Shown: piece after piece, positions 1 through 10,284 of the stretch | Position numbering within the stretch: the first letter of the stretch is position 1 | How the letters are laid out: the number at the start of each line of letters is the position of its first letter | Source of the DNA: Acidimicrobiia bacterium | GTDB lineage: Bacteria; Actinomycetota; Acidimicrobiia; IMCC26256; DASPTH01 | Direction of reading: 5' to 3' | DNA length: 64,000 nt | NCBI GenBank assembly: GCA_046331125.1 | Contig: JAXLRL010000019.1 | Location: 8,136 to 72,135 of the forward strand | Notes under the pieces: generated by a model | What the model was told of the DNA's origin: nothing | Databases searched by the model: none | Seen by the model: the letters and a program-made list of their open reading frames with translations, nothing else | Position numbers and translations under genes: made by a program

Positions 1-3
1 CAC

Positions 4-591
4 GTGCTCGGCGCCGGCGACGCGCAGGCCTCGGTGAAGGAATTCCTCCACCAGTTCATCAAGGGCATCCGGCTCAACAAGGAGCTTCCCGAGCACCACC
101 ACTGGGTCGACGGCATCAACGAGCTGCAGATCCGCGAACGCGAGCACCTGTCGAACGCCGAGCTGGTGGCGCAGCTCGAGACCGTCGGACCGAAGGCGGT
201 GAAGGGGCGCTGGGGCACTCCCCTGCCAATGCGTCACCTGCCCGTCGACTTCGGCCCGCCCGTCGGCTGGAAGCCGTTGAAGTACCTGCTCGACGTCGGC
301 TTCACCCGCGACGTGTTCGCGCACCGCGTCGACATCTGCGCGGCACTCGGCCGCGAGATGGAGGCGACCGCCGAGCACGACGGCCGCCTCGTCGCCGACA
401 TGGTCGGCGAGTGGGGCGACCTGCACTACCTCGCCTACGACCTCGTGCTCACCGGTCCCGCCGGCGGCACCTTCCGCCGCGGCGAGGACCAGCGTGAGCA
501 CGTCGAGATGGACGCCTTCGAATTCGTGCGCGTGATCTCCGGTCGCCTTCCCGACCACGGCATCGTGCGCTCGATGTCACTCCCCCTCTGA
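4..591 (+). CDS. mycothiol-dependent maleylpyruvate isomerase family / DinB-like protein, C-terminal part (5' end outside window)
   Basis: The ORF is open to the window start and translates cleanly (…FTRDVFAHRVDICAALGREMEATAEHDGRL…FEFVRVISGR…). From memory it resembles actinobacterial TIGR03083-type proteins. The next gene's AAGGAG RBS follows it. Confidence 0.5.
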   Translation: MLGAGDAQASVKEFLHQFIKGIRLNKELPEHHHWVDGINELQIREREHLSNAELVAQLETVGPKAVKGRWGTPLPMRHLPVDFGPPVGWKPLKYLLDVGFTRDVFAHRVDICAALGREMEATAEHDGRLVADMVGEWGDLHYLAYDLVLTGPAGGTFRRGEDQREHVEMDAFEFVRVISGRLPDHGIVRSMSLPL

Positions 592-623
592 ACCGTTCGG
601 GCACCACACCAAGGAGCATCACC

Positions 624-1353
624 ATGGACACTCGCGTCGACGAGATCAGCGACGGCATCTTCCGCCTCTCCACCCTCGTGCCCGACATCGGGCCCGACGG
701 CTTCACGTTCAACCAGTTCGTCGTGCGCGGCGAGCAGGAGTCGCTGTTGTTCCACACCGGACCGAAGGCGATGTTCCCGCTCGTGAGCGCGGCGGTGGAG
801 AAGGTCACCCCCCTCGACTCGCTGCGCTGGATCACGTTCGGCCACTTCGAGGCCGACGAGTGCGGCGCGATGAACGACTTCCTCGCCGTCGCGCCCAACG
901 CTCAGGTCGCGCACACCGGCATCGGCGTGATGACGAGCGTGAACGACCAGGCGTCGCGTGAGGCGCTGCCCATGGCGCCCGACACCGTGTTCGACCTCGG
1001 CGGGAAGCGCGTGCGCGGCATCGACACGCCGCACGTGCCCCACGGCTGGGACGCGCACGTGCTGTTCGAGGAGACCACCGGCACCCTGCTGTGCGGCGAC
1101 CTGTTCACGCACCTGGGTGACGGTCCTGCGCTCACCAGCAACAACGTGCTCGACGCCGCGGCCATGGCCGAGGACATCTTCGGCGCCACCGCGCTCACGC
1201 CCAACACCGCACCCACGATCCGCGCGCTCGCCGACCTGCAACCAACGACGCTGGCGATCATGCACGGCTCGTCCTACACCGGCGGCACGCCCCGGGGCGC
1301 TCCTCGCCCTCGCCGACCTCTACGAGCAGCGCCTCCTCTCCCCCGTCACCTGA
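624..1353 (+). pseudogene. MBL-fold metallo-hydrolase (di-iron/ODP-like), one frameshift near 1285-1295
   Basis: The sequence reads cleanly from MDTRVDEISDGIFRLSTLVPD… through HVPHGWDAHVLFEE… to MHGSSYTGG. The long ORF then turns Arg/Pro-rich, while another frame continues ALLALADLYEQRLLSPVT* with its stop at 1353. The shift sits in a CCCCGGGG run. Confidence 0.6.
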
Positions 1354-1844
1354 CGAGGGACGCGCGCAGCTACTTCTCGGCGGTCGCCTTGAAGCGCGGC
1401 GAGGGTGGCGTCGATGCCGTCGCGGGTGTTGTCGACGGTGCCGTCGAGGTAGGCGACGACGTCCATGTCGGGCGCGACGGAGTGCATGAACTCGCCGTAG
1501 CCGGGGAGCACCTGCCACGACTCGGTGATCTTGCAGCCGTCACCTTCCGCCGCGAACGTGTAGCTCCAGCGCACGAGCTCGTGCTGGCCGTCGGTGCCGC
1601 AGTTGATGAAGGTGAACTCCTCGCCGGGGATGTCGGCGACGACACGGCAGTGCGTGCTCCAGCTCATCTCGGGCGTCACGTTGTCGCCGATGAACGTGGT
1701 GCGGTCGTCGTCGGTCCAGTGCGCCGACTTCACGATGGGGCTGAACTCGCCGACGCGAGTCACGTCGGCGACGAGCTCGTACACCGCGTCGGGCGAGGCG
1801 TTGATCGAGATCGAGCCGGAGTGGTTGAACTTCGAGAGATCCAT
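1320..1844 (-). CDS. SRPBCC (cyclase/dehydrase-like) family protein; C-terminal about 15 codons possibly frameshifted
   Basis: MDLSKFNHSGSISINASPDAVYELVADVTRVGEFSPIVKSAHW… is typical of the SRPBCC fold. An alternative frame ends …LKATAEK* at 1370, which suggests a 1-nt indel near 1392. Confidence 0.55.
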   Translation of the reverse strand: MDLSKFNHSGSISINASPDAVYELVADVTRVGEFSPIVKSAHWTDDDRTTFIGDNVTPEMSWSTHCRVVADIPGEEFTFINCGTDGQHELVRWSYTFAAEGDGCKITESWQVLPGYGEFMHSVAPDMDVVAYLDGTVDNTRDGIDATLAALQGDRREVAARVPRQVTGERRRCS

Positions 1845-1873
1845 GGGCGGGGACCCTAGATCAAACGCGCGTG

Positions 1874-2683
1874 TCAACGGCGGGGTCGCTCACCACCGAT
1901 GGTCCCCCGATGCAGCGTGCGGGGCTCGCCGGGTGCGGCGTCGCCGACGGCGCAGTGCTGCGTCGCGATGTTGTCCCAGATGAGGAGGTCACCGACGGTC
2001 CAGTTGTGGCGCCACGTGATCTCGGGGCGGGAGGCCCGCGCGAACAGGTACTGCAGCAGCGGCGCGCTCTCCTCCTCGGTCCACCCCACGAAGCGAGTGG
2101 TGTAGTTGGCGTTCACGAAGAGCGCCTTGCGGCCGGTGCGGTGGTGCGTGACGACGACCGGGTGCTCGGTGGTGACCTGCTCGTGAGTGAGGCCCTGGCT
2201 GCTCGCGAGGGTGGTGCCCTCGTGCACCGCGTCGAGCGGGTCGAGCGTGGCCTTCAGCCCCTCGGACAGCCGCTCGTACGCCTCGTACTCGTTGGCCCAC
2301 ATCGTGTCGCCGCCGCGTGACGGGATCTCGCGGGCGAGCAGGATCGAGGCGAGGGGCGGGTCGGCCATGTGGGTGGTGTCCTCGTGCCACACGGTCGTGA
2401 GCTCGTTGGGGTCGTAGATGCGCATGATCCCCGGGTGCCCCTCGATCGACGGCACGTACGGGTGCACCCGGATCTCGCCCCACAGGCCCGCGAGCTCGAG
2501 CTGCTGCGCCGAGGTGAGGTCCTGCTGCCCGGGCAGGAAGATCACGAGGTGCTCGTCGAGCGCCTCCTTGAGCCGGTCGACCAGCGCCTGGTCGAAGCCG
2601 TCGGCGAGGCGGACCCCGTCGATGCGGGCGCCGAGGGTGCCGCCCAGCGGCGTGACCGTGAAACCGGTGGTCGTGGTCGTCAT
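1874..2683 (-). CDS. TauD/TfdA family Fe(II)/2-oxoglutarate dioxygenase
   Basis: The ORF is intact: MTTTTTGFTVTPLGGTLGARIDGVRL…, a WHEDTTH (HxD iron ligand context), and …LLIWDNIATQHCAV… . The length fits the family. Confidence 0.8.
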   Translation of the reverse strand: MTTTTTGFTVTPLGGTLGARIDGVRLADGFDQALVDRLKEALDEHLVIFLPGQQDLTSAQQLELAGLWGEIRVHPYVPSIEGHPGIMRIYDPNELTTVWHEDTTHMADPPLASILLAREIPSRGGDTMWANEYEAYERLSEGLKATLDPLDAVHEGTTLASSQGLTHEQVTTEHPVVVTHHRTGRKALFVNANYTTRFVGWTEEESAPLLQYLFARASRPEITWRHNWTVGDLLIWDNIATQHCAVGDAAPGEPRTLHRGTIGGERPRR

Positions 2684-2757
2684 GGGCGCCAGCCTCGCCG
2701 GGAGGCGCACATGACGGCCAGGGACCTAGGTCACTTCGTATACAAAATCAGCTGAGT

Positions 2758-3599
2758 TCAGCCGGGCAGCGGGAGGTTCTCCGCCCCGCCGACGATCATC
2801 GCCGCGAACTCGGTGAAGTCGGGGCCGGCGCGGAGGCTGTGGCCGCCGTCGACGTTGATGATCTGGCCGGTGATCCAGCGCGACTCGGCGCCGAGCAGGA
2901 AGCGCACGAGATCCGCGACATCCTCGGGCTCCCCCACGCCGTTCATGGGCGTGTTGCGGATGTAGCTGTTGTAGACGGAGCCGTCGCGCGGGACGTTCTC
3001 CATGATCTCGGTGGTGATGAAGCCGGGGCGCACCGCGTTGAAGCGCACACCGACCGCGCCGTACTCGTCGGCCGCGTTGCGGATGATCTGCTCGAGCGCA
3101 CCCTTGCCCGCGGTGTAGGCGCCGAACCAGCGGTGGGTCTGGTGGCCGGCGATCGACGACATGCCGACGAACGAGCCCTTCGACGCCTGCAGACCTGTAG
3201 CGCGATAGCCACGCACAGGAAGGTGTGCCGGCTCGGCGTTGAGCTCGAGCACGACGAGACTCGTCGGTGTCGGAAAGGGCGTAGGGCGCCATGCCGCCGC
3301 CACCGTTCGCGACCACACCGTCGAGCGTGCCGGTGGGCTCGGTGGCCGCGGCGACGGCGCGACGTCGTCCTCCTTCGTGACGTCGCCGACGACGTAGCGG
3401 ATGCTGCCGCCGTTGCCGCGAGCTTCTCGATCTTCTCCGCCGGCACGGCGAGGATGGCCTCGGTGCGGCCGCAGATCGTGACCGCAGCGCCGTCGGCCGC
3501 GGCCTGGGCCGCGCAGGCGGCGCCGATGCCCATACCGCCGCCGGTGACGAGCACCCCGGTCCCCTTGAGTCCGCCGGAGGCTTTCCTGGTCGCGGGCAT
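2758..3599 (-). pseudogene. SDR family oxidoreductase, at least 3 frameshifts
   Basis: The start MPATRKASGGLKGTGVLVTGGGMGIGAACA carries the TGxxxGIG motif. YTAGKGALEQIIRNAADEYG (YxxxK), NAVRPGFI and ITGQIINVDGG lie in other minus-strand frames. Confidence 0.65.
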
Positions 3600-3639
3600 C
3601 TTGCCTTCTCCTCTTCGATGTGCGTGGACGGGCAGTCCT

Positions 3640-4856
3640 GGCCATGTCGCGCGCCGTCGATCTTGAGCTGGAGGATCTGCTCCGCCGTGTAGCCGAACTC
3701 GGCGAGCACCTCGTCGGTGTGCTCCGAGAACTGCGGGGCCCGCGTGGTGGTGGCCGGGAGGTCTCGTCGAACTGCCGGATTTGGTGAGCAGCCCGCGGGA
3801 TGCCGTCGGCGTCGGTCTCCAGGGCGAAGTAGCCCATCTCCCGCAGCTGCGGGTCGTGAGCCACCTGCCGCTGTCCTGGATGACGGTCCGCTTGCCCTCG
3901 AAGGCGTCTGGAAGCAGTCGATCCACTCCTGGAGGGTCCGCTTGCGCATCTCGTCGGCGACGATGAGCGCGCCTTCCTGCGCGTTGGCGATGAGCTTCTC
4001 GGTGGTGTCGAAGCGCGGTCGTCGATCAGGTCCTCGCGACCGAGGTGGCGGCAGAGGTCGGCCCAGTAGCGACCGGGCTGCAACATCGCCAGGTAGATCC
4101 ACTGCTGTGCGTCCGGACGTCTCGAACGGGCCGACGACCGGGTTCACCAGCGCCGGGCAGCTCGTTAGGCGGCCACACCCAGGGCTCGCCGCTCATCAAC
4201 GAGATGTCGACCGACAGCTTGCCGCAGTAGGCGCCGACGCTCAGCAACGACACGTCGACGACCGACGCCTCGCCCGTCATCGCGCGCTTGAACAGCGCCG
4301 CGGCGATGCCACCCACCGTGGTGAGGCCTCCGAGGGTGTCGCCGTGCTCGGCGCGGGCATGTTGAGCGGCTTGCCCAACTCGGCGGCGCGTGACGCCGAG
4401 CGCCCCACCGCGGCACCAGTACGGCACCCGGAGTCGAAGCCGCCTTGCGCTTCATCGCCCTTGAAGCCGATGGCGCTCCCCGCGCGTAGATGATCGACGG
4501 GTTGACCGCACGGATGTGGTCGACGTCGATGCGCAGGCGTTCGCGCGTCGGGGAGGAAGTTGGTGAGGAACACGTCGCCTCCTCCACCATCCGGTACAGC
4601 ACGTCGAGTCCGCCAGGGTCGATGTCGAGCCCGATACCGCGCTTGCCGCGGTTGGCGTGTCCATGATCGGCGAGAACGAGCCCTCCGCGTAGCCCGCCGG
4701 GCCCACACCGACCATGCCCCGCTGGGCGTCGCCCATCGTGGAGTGCTCGATCTTGAAGACGGTGGCGCCCCAGTCGGCGAGGGTGGCCCCCGCTGACGGC
4801 ACGTAGGTGAACTGGGCGACCTCGACGACCTTGACGCCGGCCATGGGGAGAGACAT
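3640..4856 (-). pseudogene. family III CoA-transferase (CaiB/BaiF type), many frameshifts; 3' end approximate
   Basis: From the ATG at 4856 the sequence reads MSLPMAGVKVVEVAQFTYVPSAGATLADWGATVFKIEH. DHANRGKRGIGLDI, VDVSLLSVGAY and FSEHTDEVLAEFGYTAEQILQLKIDGA follow, scattered over all three minus frames. No clean stop could be identified. Confidence 0.55.
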
Positions 4857-4919
4857 CCGGCGGAAGGTAGCGTGCCCGCGGCCCGCACACCAGGTACGCA
4901 CCAGGGACGAGGAGCGCTC

Positions 4920-6612
4920 GTGTCCGAAGAAGTCACCCGCCAGCTGCCCGCTCTCGACGACCAGAACACCTTCTTCTGGACGTCGGGCGCCGACGGCAAG
5001 CTCCGCATCCAGCGATGCTCCGACTGCGGCGAGCTGCGCCACACGCCGGCGCCGGTGTGCCCCTACTGCCGGTCGTTCGAGTGGGCGCCGGCCGAGGTGG
5101 CGGGGACGGGCACCATCGTCGGCTTCACGGTCAACTACCACCAGTGGATGCCCGGCTTCCCGCCGCCGTTCGTGCTGGGCCTCGTCGCGCTCGACGAGGA
5201 CGACCGGGTGCGCCTCACCACCAACATCGTGAACGTGCCGCTCGACGACGTGTTCGTGGGCCAGCGCGTGCAGGTGCTGTTCGAACAGCAGGAGGACGTG
5301 TACTTCCCCGTCTTCGAGCCGACCGGCGAGACGGACTCGGCGGGGAAGGCGGTGGAGGGTCCGATCCCGCACGAGGACCCGCTCGTGCGCCAGGTGCGCG
5401 CCATGCCCAAGGCGGGCGACAAGTTCGAGGACAAGGTCGCGATCACCGGCATCGGGATCTCGGAGACCGGCCGGCGTCTCATGCGCGAGCCGATCACGTT
5501 GACGGTCGAGGCCGCGCTGCGGGCGATCGAGGACGCCGGGCTCACCATCGACGACATCGACGGCCTCGCCACCTACCCGGGCGGGCTGTCCGCGGCGAGC
5601 GGCATGTCGGAGGGTGGCGTGCAGGCGCTCGAGGAGGCGCTGCGCATCCGCCCCTCGTGGCACCACAGCGGCATGGAGACGCCGGGCCAGACCGGCTCGG
5701 TGGTTGCCGGAATGCTCGCGGTCGCGGGTGGCCTGTGCAACCACGTGCTGTGCTTCCGCACCGTCACCGAGGCCACCGCGTTGGCCAAGGCGCGCGCGCA
5801 GGCGCCCGGCACCGGAAGCGCGGCGGCTGCGATGTACACGAGCAAGCGCATCGAGGGCGACATGGCGTGGCGCCTCGTGTACGGCGCCGGTTCGGCCGCG
5901 AACTGGATCGGCATGATGGCCAACACGCACTTCAAGCTCTACGGCACCACGCGCGAGACGCTGGGGTGGATCGCGCTCAACGCCCGCAAGAACGCGGCGC
6001 TGAACCCGCTCGCCATCTACACCGACCCGCTCACGATGGACGACTACCTGAGCGCGCGCATGATCAGCACGCCGTTCGGTCTCTACGACTGCGACGTGCC
6101 GATGGACGGCGCGGTCGCGGTGATCGTGTCGCGCAAGGACATCGCCGGCGACCTGCGCCAGCCGCCGGTGCACGTCGAAGCCGTCGGCGCAGGTGACCGA
6201 GCGCATCTCCTGGGACCAGGGTGTGGTCGACCACGAACCGCTGGTGATCAGCAGCGCGCCACGTGTGGACCTGCGACCTACCCCGACGACATGCAGTTAA
6301 AACCGCGGCTACCACGACGGCTTCTCGTTCAACTGCCTCACCTGGCTCGAGGAGGCCTCGGGTTCTGCGGCACCGGTAGGGCGAGGACTTCCTCGAGGGC
6401 GGGAAGAACATCGCGCTCGACGGGAAGATCCCGCTCAACACCCACGGCGGCCAGCTGTCGGCCGGGCGTCTCCACGGCTACGGCTTCCTGCACGAGGCCG
6501 TGCTGGCCCGGCGATCCAGGCCAGCCGCGGCAGATCCGGCGCAGGTCGGCGTCGTGAGCAACGGCGGCGGCGCACGCCCGGCAGGGCGATGATCCTGAAG
6601 GCGGCGCGCTAG
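4920..6612 (+). pseudogene. fused DUF35 (Zn-ribbon/OB-fold) + thiolase-like (SCP-x/lipid-transfer type) protein; 3' third frameshifted
   Basis: An SD (GGACGAGGAG) precedes the GTG at 4920. The DUF35 segment reads RCSDCGELRHTPAPVCPYCRS…GTIVGFTVNY and the thiolase segment reads VAITGIGISETGRR…LYDCDVPMDGAVAVIV. After about 6190 the similarity continues in other frames (YHDGFSFNCLTWLEE, IPLNTHGGQLSAGR, HGYGFLHEAV) to the TAG at 6610-6612. Confidence 0.65.
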
Positions 6613-6616
6613 CGCG

Positions 6617-7650
6617 TCAAGGGCGCCAGTCCACCGGCGAAGAACGCCGACGAGAACTCGGCGAGCGGGTGGCGCGGCTGAAGCGGTGTCGTAGCCAGGC
6701 GCGTGGGTGGTCGTCGGCGGTGATGCCGACGGGAACGAGATGCGAACACCTTGTCGTCACCCGCCGAGCGATGCGTTGAGCGCGAGGCGGCCAGTTCCCC
6801 GTGCCGCGCAGCTGCGACGCCACGCCGACCTTGCCGTTGGCGCCCACGCAGCAACTGGTCGGCGCCCCGGAGCAGGTACAGGTCATGCAGGCGCGCGCCA
6901 CCACCGCGCCGCCGAGCGCACCGTCACCGGGTTGCAGCAGCACGATCCACCGGGTCGCCCTGCGCCGCGACGTCGACCCGGACCGCACGGGTGGTCGTGA
7001 CCACCCACAACGAAGCGGCCGTCGGCGGCGAGGTCGGTGAAGCTGTTCGGGTCGCCCGTGCCGAACGACGGCGCCGCGACCTTCCCCGTGGCCGGGTCGA
7101 CGACGTGCACCTGGATCACTCGGCCGCTGGCTGCCACGACCACACGACCACCGGCAACGACGACCATGTCGGCGACGTCGGGGTTGCTCGAGGTCGCTGT
7201 CGGTGTCGATGCGCCGCACCACGCGCTGCGAGCCCGGGTCGTACTGCACGAGCGTTCCCGGCGACGGGACCAGCCACAGGTCCCGCGCCAGGCGCCAGGA
7301 AGCAGGCGCTGCGTGGTCTGCGTGGTTGGAGCCACCGGGGCGCCGCGGAGGCGCACCACCTTGCTCGTCGCGGTGTCGTAGTACCCGACCTGGCGGGTGC
7401 CGGGCTCGTACATCCACACCTTGCCGGGCGCCCCGACGACGGAGCCGAAGGCCGTGCCCGCGACGGCGCGTGCCGACGAGCGACAGGGAAGCGGCGACGG
7501 TCTTCGAGCCGAAGACCACACCTCATCACGGGCGACCGGTTCGTCGCCGCCCGAGCCGCCGAGGTTCACGGCGACGATCAACGCCCCCACGAGGGCTGCA
7601 CCAGCTTGGCGCGAGGATCGTCTGGCGACGGTCGAGTCCCCACAGGCGGT
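6617..7650 (-). pseudogene. degraded hypothetical exported/anchored protein with repeated beta-strand-like segments; boundaries approximate
   Basis: Three fragments lie in different minus frames: VWMYEPGTRQVGYYDTATSKVVRLRG, LWLVPSPGTLVQYDPGSQRVVRRID and VVVAGGRVVVAASGRVIQVHVVDPATGKVAAPSFGTGDPNSFTDLAADGRFVVGG. A hydrophobic anchor (AGAALVGALIVAVNLGG) precedes them. Confidence 0.3.
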
Positions 7651-7729
7651 GGGTGAAGCGGCGGGCACCGGTCCAGTGTGCTCGCGGCGAGCGGCACCTC
7701 CCGGGCAACGGGCGTGCGTTGATCCGCCG

Positions 7730-8475
7730 ATGAGTGAACGGTTCGCAGGAAGGTCGTGATCGTCACCGGCGGGCACCGGCACTCGGTCTCGCCTACGCCG
7801 AGGGCTTCGCCGCGCGAGGGGCGTGAGCGTGGTGCTCGCCGACATCGACGGCGACGCCGCGCAGGCCGCGGCCGAGCGCATCGCGGCGACGGGTGCACGG
7901 GCGATCGGCACGGCCACCGACGTCGCCGACGAGGACTCCGTGCGCGCCATGATGCGCGGCGGCGGTCGGCGCGTTCGGCGTGGACGTCCTCGTGAACAGC
8001 GCGGGGCTCCACCTCGGCAAGTACAACTCGACGACTCGACCTGCCGATCGCCGACTGGCGCCGCATCTTCGACGTGAACGTGCTGAAGCGGTGATCTGCT
8101 CGCGCGAGGCGCGCGTCGATGGCGGCGCGGTGGCGGCGTGATCCTCAACCAGGCGTCGGTCGCGGCCTGGGTGCGCGGCCGGCTCGTACAGCGACGAAGC
8201 CGGCGCTCACGAAGGCGTGACGATGTCGCTCGCGAGCGAGCTCGCCGGCGACGGCATCCGGGTGCTGGCGGTGGCGCCGGAAGCGTTCATGTCGACGGTG
8301 CAGGCCGGCCTCGAGCCGCACAACAAGGAGCTGGTGCTCACCGGGTCAGCTCACGCAAGGAGTTGGGGACCCCCGACGACCTGTGCCGCGTTCGTGCTCT
8401 TCCTCTGCTCCGACGAGGGTCCTTCGCCGCGCGACCACCTGCGCGTTCGGCGCGGGCTTCTCGAAGCGCATCTAG
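7730..8475 (+). pseudogene. SDR family oxidoreductase, multiple frameshifts
   Basis: Recognisable segments are spread over three frames: MSERFAG.VVIVTGG, VVLADIDGDAAQAAAERIAATGARAIGTATDVADEDSVRAMM, VDVLVNSAGLHLGKY, MSLASELAGDGIRVLAVAP and FVLFLCSDEG. Confidence 0.55.
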
Positions 8476-8486
8476 TCTCCTCGCCG

Positions 8487-8890
8487 ATGCCCGAGCTGAA
8501 CTACACCTACGAGCCCGAGGACAGCGAGTTCGCCTTCATGGAGGGCGGCCGGGCCGAGGCGCGCTGGACGCCGTCGGCGAAGTGGGGCAACCCGGTGGGG
8601 AACGTGCACGGCGGCTACGTCGGCGTGATCGTACGACGTGGCCGAACCCAACGCTCTACTCGCTCGTCAACGTCGTCCCCGACGGTGTCGCTCCAGATCG
8701 ACTACGCCTGCGCATGATGCCGCTCGGCGTCACCTACACCGTGCGTGGTGGTGGTGCGCGGGCAAGGCCACCGCCATCGTCGACGTCGACGTGTTCGATC
8801 CCGACGACGTGCTGGTCGCCGCAGGAAGGCGTACTTCCAACTCCCCAGTTCGTGGCGCGAGAGGAACGAGAAGAAGGAGAGCCAGCGATG
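8487..8890 (+). pseudogene. PaaI/hotdog-fold thioesterase, frameshifted
   Basis: MPELNYTYEPEDSEFAFMEGGRAEARWTPSAKWGNPVGNVHGGYVGVIV carries the GNVHGG motif, after which the frame breaks. VSLQIDY and GKATAIVDVDVFDPDDVLVAAG lie in other frames. The TGA stop overlaps the next ATG (ATGA at 8887). Confidence 0.5.
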
Positions 8891-9374
8891 ACCGACCCGA
8901 ACCAGGAGCTCCTGGACCACATCGGCGTGACCCGCCTGCAGCAGGCCTACGCCGACCTGGCCAGCCGACGGGCGTGGGACGAGCTCGACCAGCTCTTCCT
9001 CCCCGACGCCGAGATCGTGATCGCGGTCGGTGGCGGCGACACCATCGAGTGCACCGGGCCCGAGCCGTTCGGCGCGTTCGTCGGCCCGTCGGTCGACCAG
9101 TTCGACTTCTTCGAGTTCGTGATCCTCAACACGCGCATCGAGATCGTTCGGCGGCGATCCCGACGCCCGCCGCCGCGCATGTGGTGTGCGAGCTGCGCCA
9201 GTGGGCCGACTCCGGCCGTTGGAGCGTCGCCTACGGCCTGTACCAGGACGCCTACCGCCGGGTCGACGGCCGTTGGTGGTTCGCGCGCCGCGACTACCAG
9301 TCGCTCGCCCGCACGTCGCTCGACGGGCCGCGGTCGCTCGAGAACTTCCCGTTCCGCAGCAGTACAAGTTCTAG
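8887..9374 (+). pseudogene. SnoaL/NTF2-like family protein, one or two frameshifts
   Basis: A GAAGAAGGAGAG RBS precedes the start. The sequence reads MTDPNQELLDHIGVTRLQQAYADLASRRAWDELDQLFLPDAEIVIAV…FDFFEFVILNTRIEI, then shifts to …WSVAYGLYQDAYRRVDGRWWFARRDYQSLART. Confidence 0.5.
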
Positions 9375-9384
9375 GAGCAGTCAC

Positions 9385-10160
9385 GTGGAGGACTTCACCG
9401 GCAAGGTCGCGATCGCCGGCACGCCAACCGCGCGCGGCATCGGCCTCGCCGTTGCCGCCGCCTGGCCCGGGAGGCGAGCGTGGTGCTCACCGACCTCGAC
9501 GGCGACGGTGCCTTGCGGAGGATGCGCGGGCGAGCTGCGTGCCGAGGCTACGACGCCGCCGCGTTCCAGGCCGACTTCGGCGACTACGCGTCGGTCCCGC
9601 TGCGCTCGCCGGCGGTGTACGCCCGCTACGGCAAGGTGCACGTGATCCACGTGGTCCCCATGGCGCCCACGGGCCTGCCGGGTCACGGCCTGCTCAACGC
9701 CCGCCGATCCCGGCGCAGTCGGGACGTCACGATCCGGGTGAACCTGCTCGCGGTCTACGGCATCAAGGCGTTCGTGCCCCTTGATCGCGGGCGGTGAGCA
9801 CGGGCACGTAGTCGTCGTCGATAGACGACACCGGCACGATGTACGGCAACGCCCCATGCCGTCAGCAAGTGCGCGCAGGTGAGCCTGATGGAGTCCTGCA
9901 CGGCCAGTTGCGCGACGCCAACGCCGACCTCGTCGCCACTGTCGTGTTCCCCAGCATCGGCCGCCAGCAATGCCACCGACGAATTCGCATAGGGCACCGA
10001 GTCCCTGATCCGCGCCACCGCCTTCGCCGGTGCCGTGTTGATGACGCCGCGGAACGTACTTCGTTGCACCACGGGCGATCCGCGGCGCGACGCTCGTTCT
10101 GCAGGCGCATCCGACGCTCGAGGACGACGAGCGGCTCACCGGCGCAGGCGCACCGCTCAG
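9385..10160 (+). pseudogene. SDR family oxidoreductase, heavily frameshifted; 3' end uncertain
   Basis: An AGGAG lies 8 nt before the GTG at 9385. FTGKVAIAG..ARGIGLAVAAA, ASVVLTDLDGDGA, AVSKCAQVSLMES (remnant of YxxxK) and LVATVVFPS are found in shifting frames. Confidence 0.4.
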
Positions 10161-10284
10161 TGAACGCGACATCTGGCGCACCCGTCTCGGCGCGATGGTC
10201 GCCCGCTCGGCCGTCGGCGTACTTGTGGGGCCCGCCGAGCAGCGTCCTGGGTCCGTCCTGACAGGGTGCTCTGGCCTCGCCGGC

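Noticed and set aside
4452-6206. 584-aa minus-strand ORF
   Set aside because: It is antisense to the clearly coding DUF35/thiolase gene, and its translation is Arg/His/Val/Ala-rich shadow sequence typical of high-GC DNA. Only its last 134 codons, from the ATG at 4856, are real; they form the N-terminus of the CoA-transferase.
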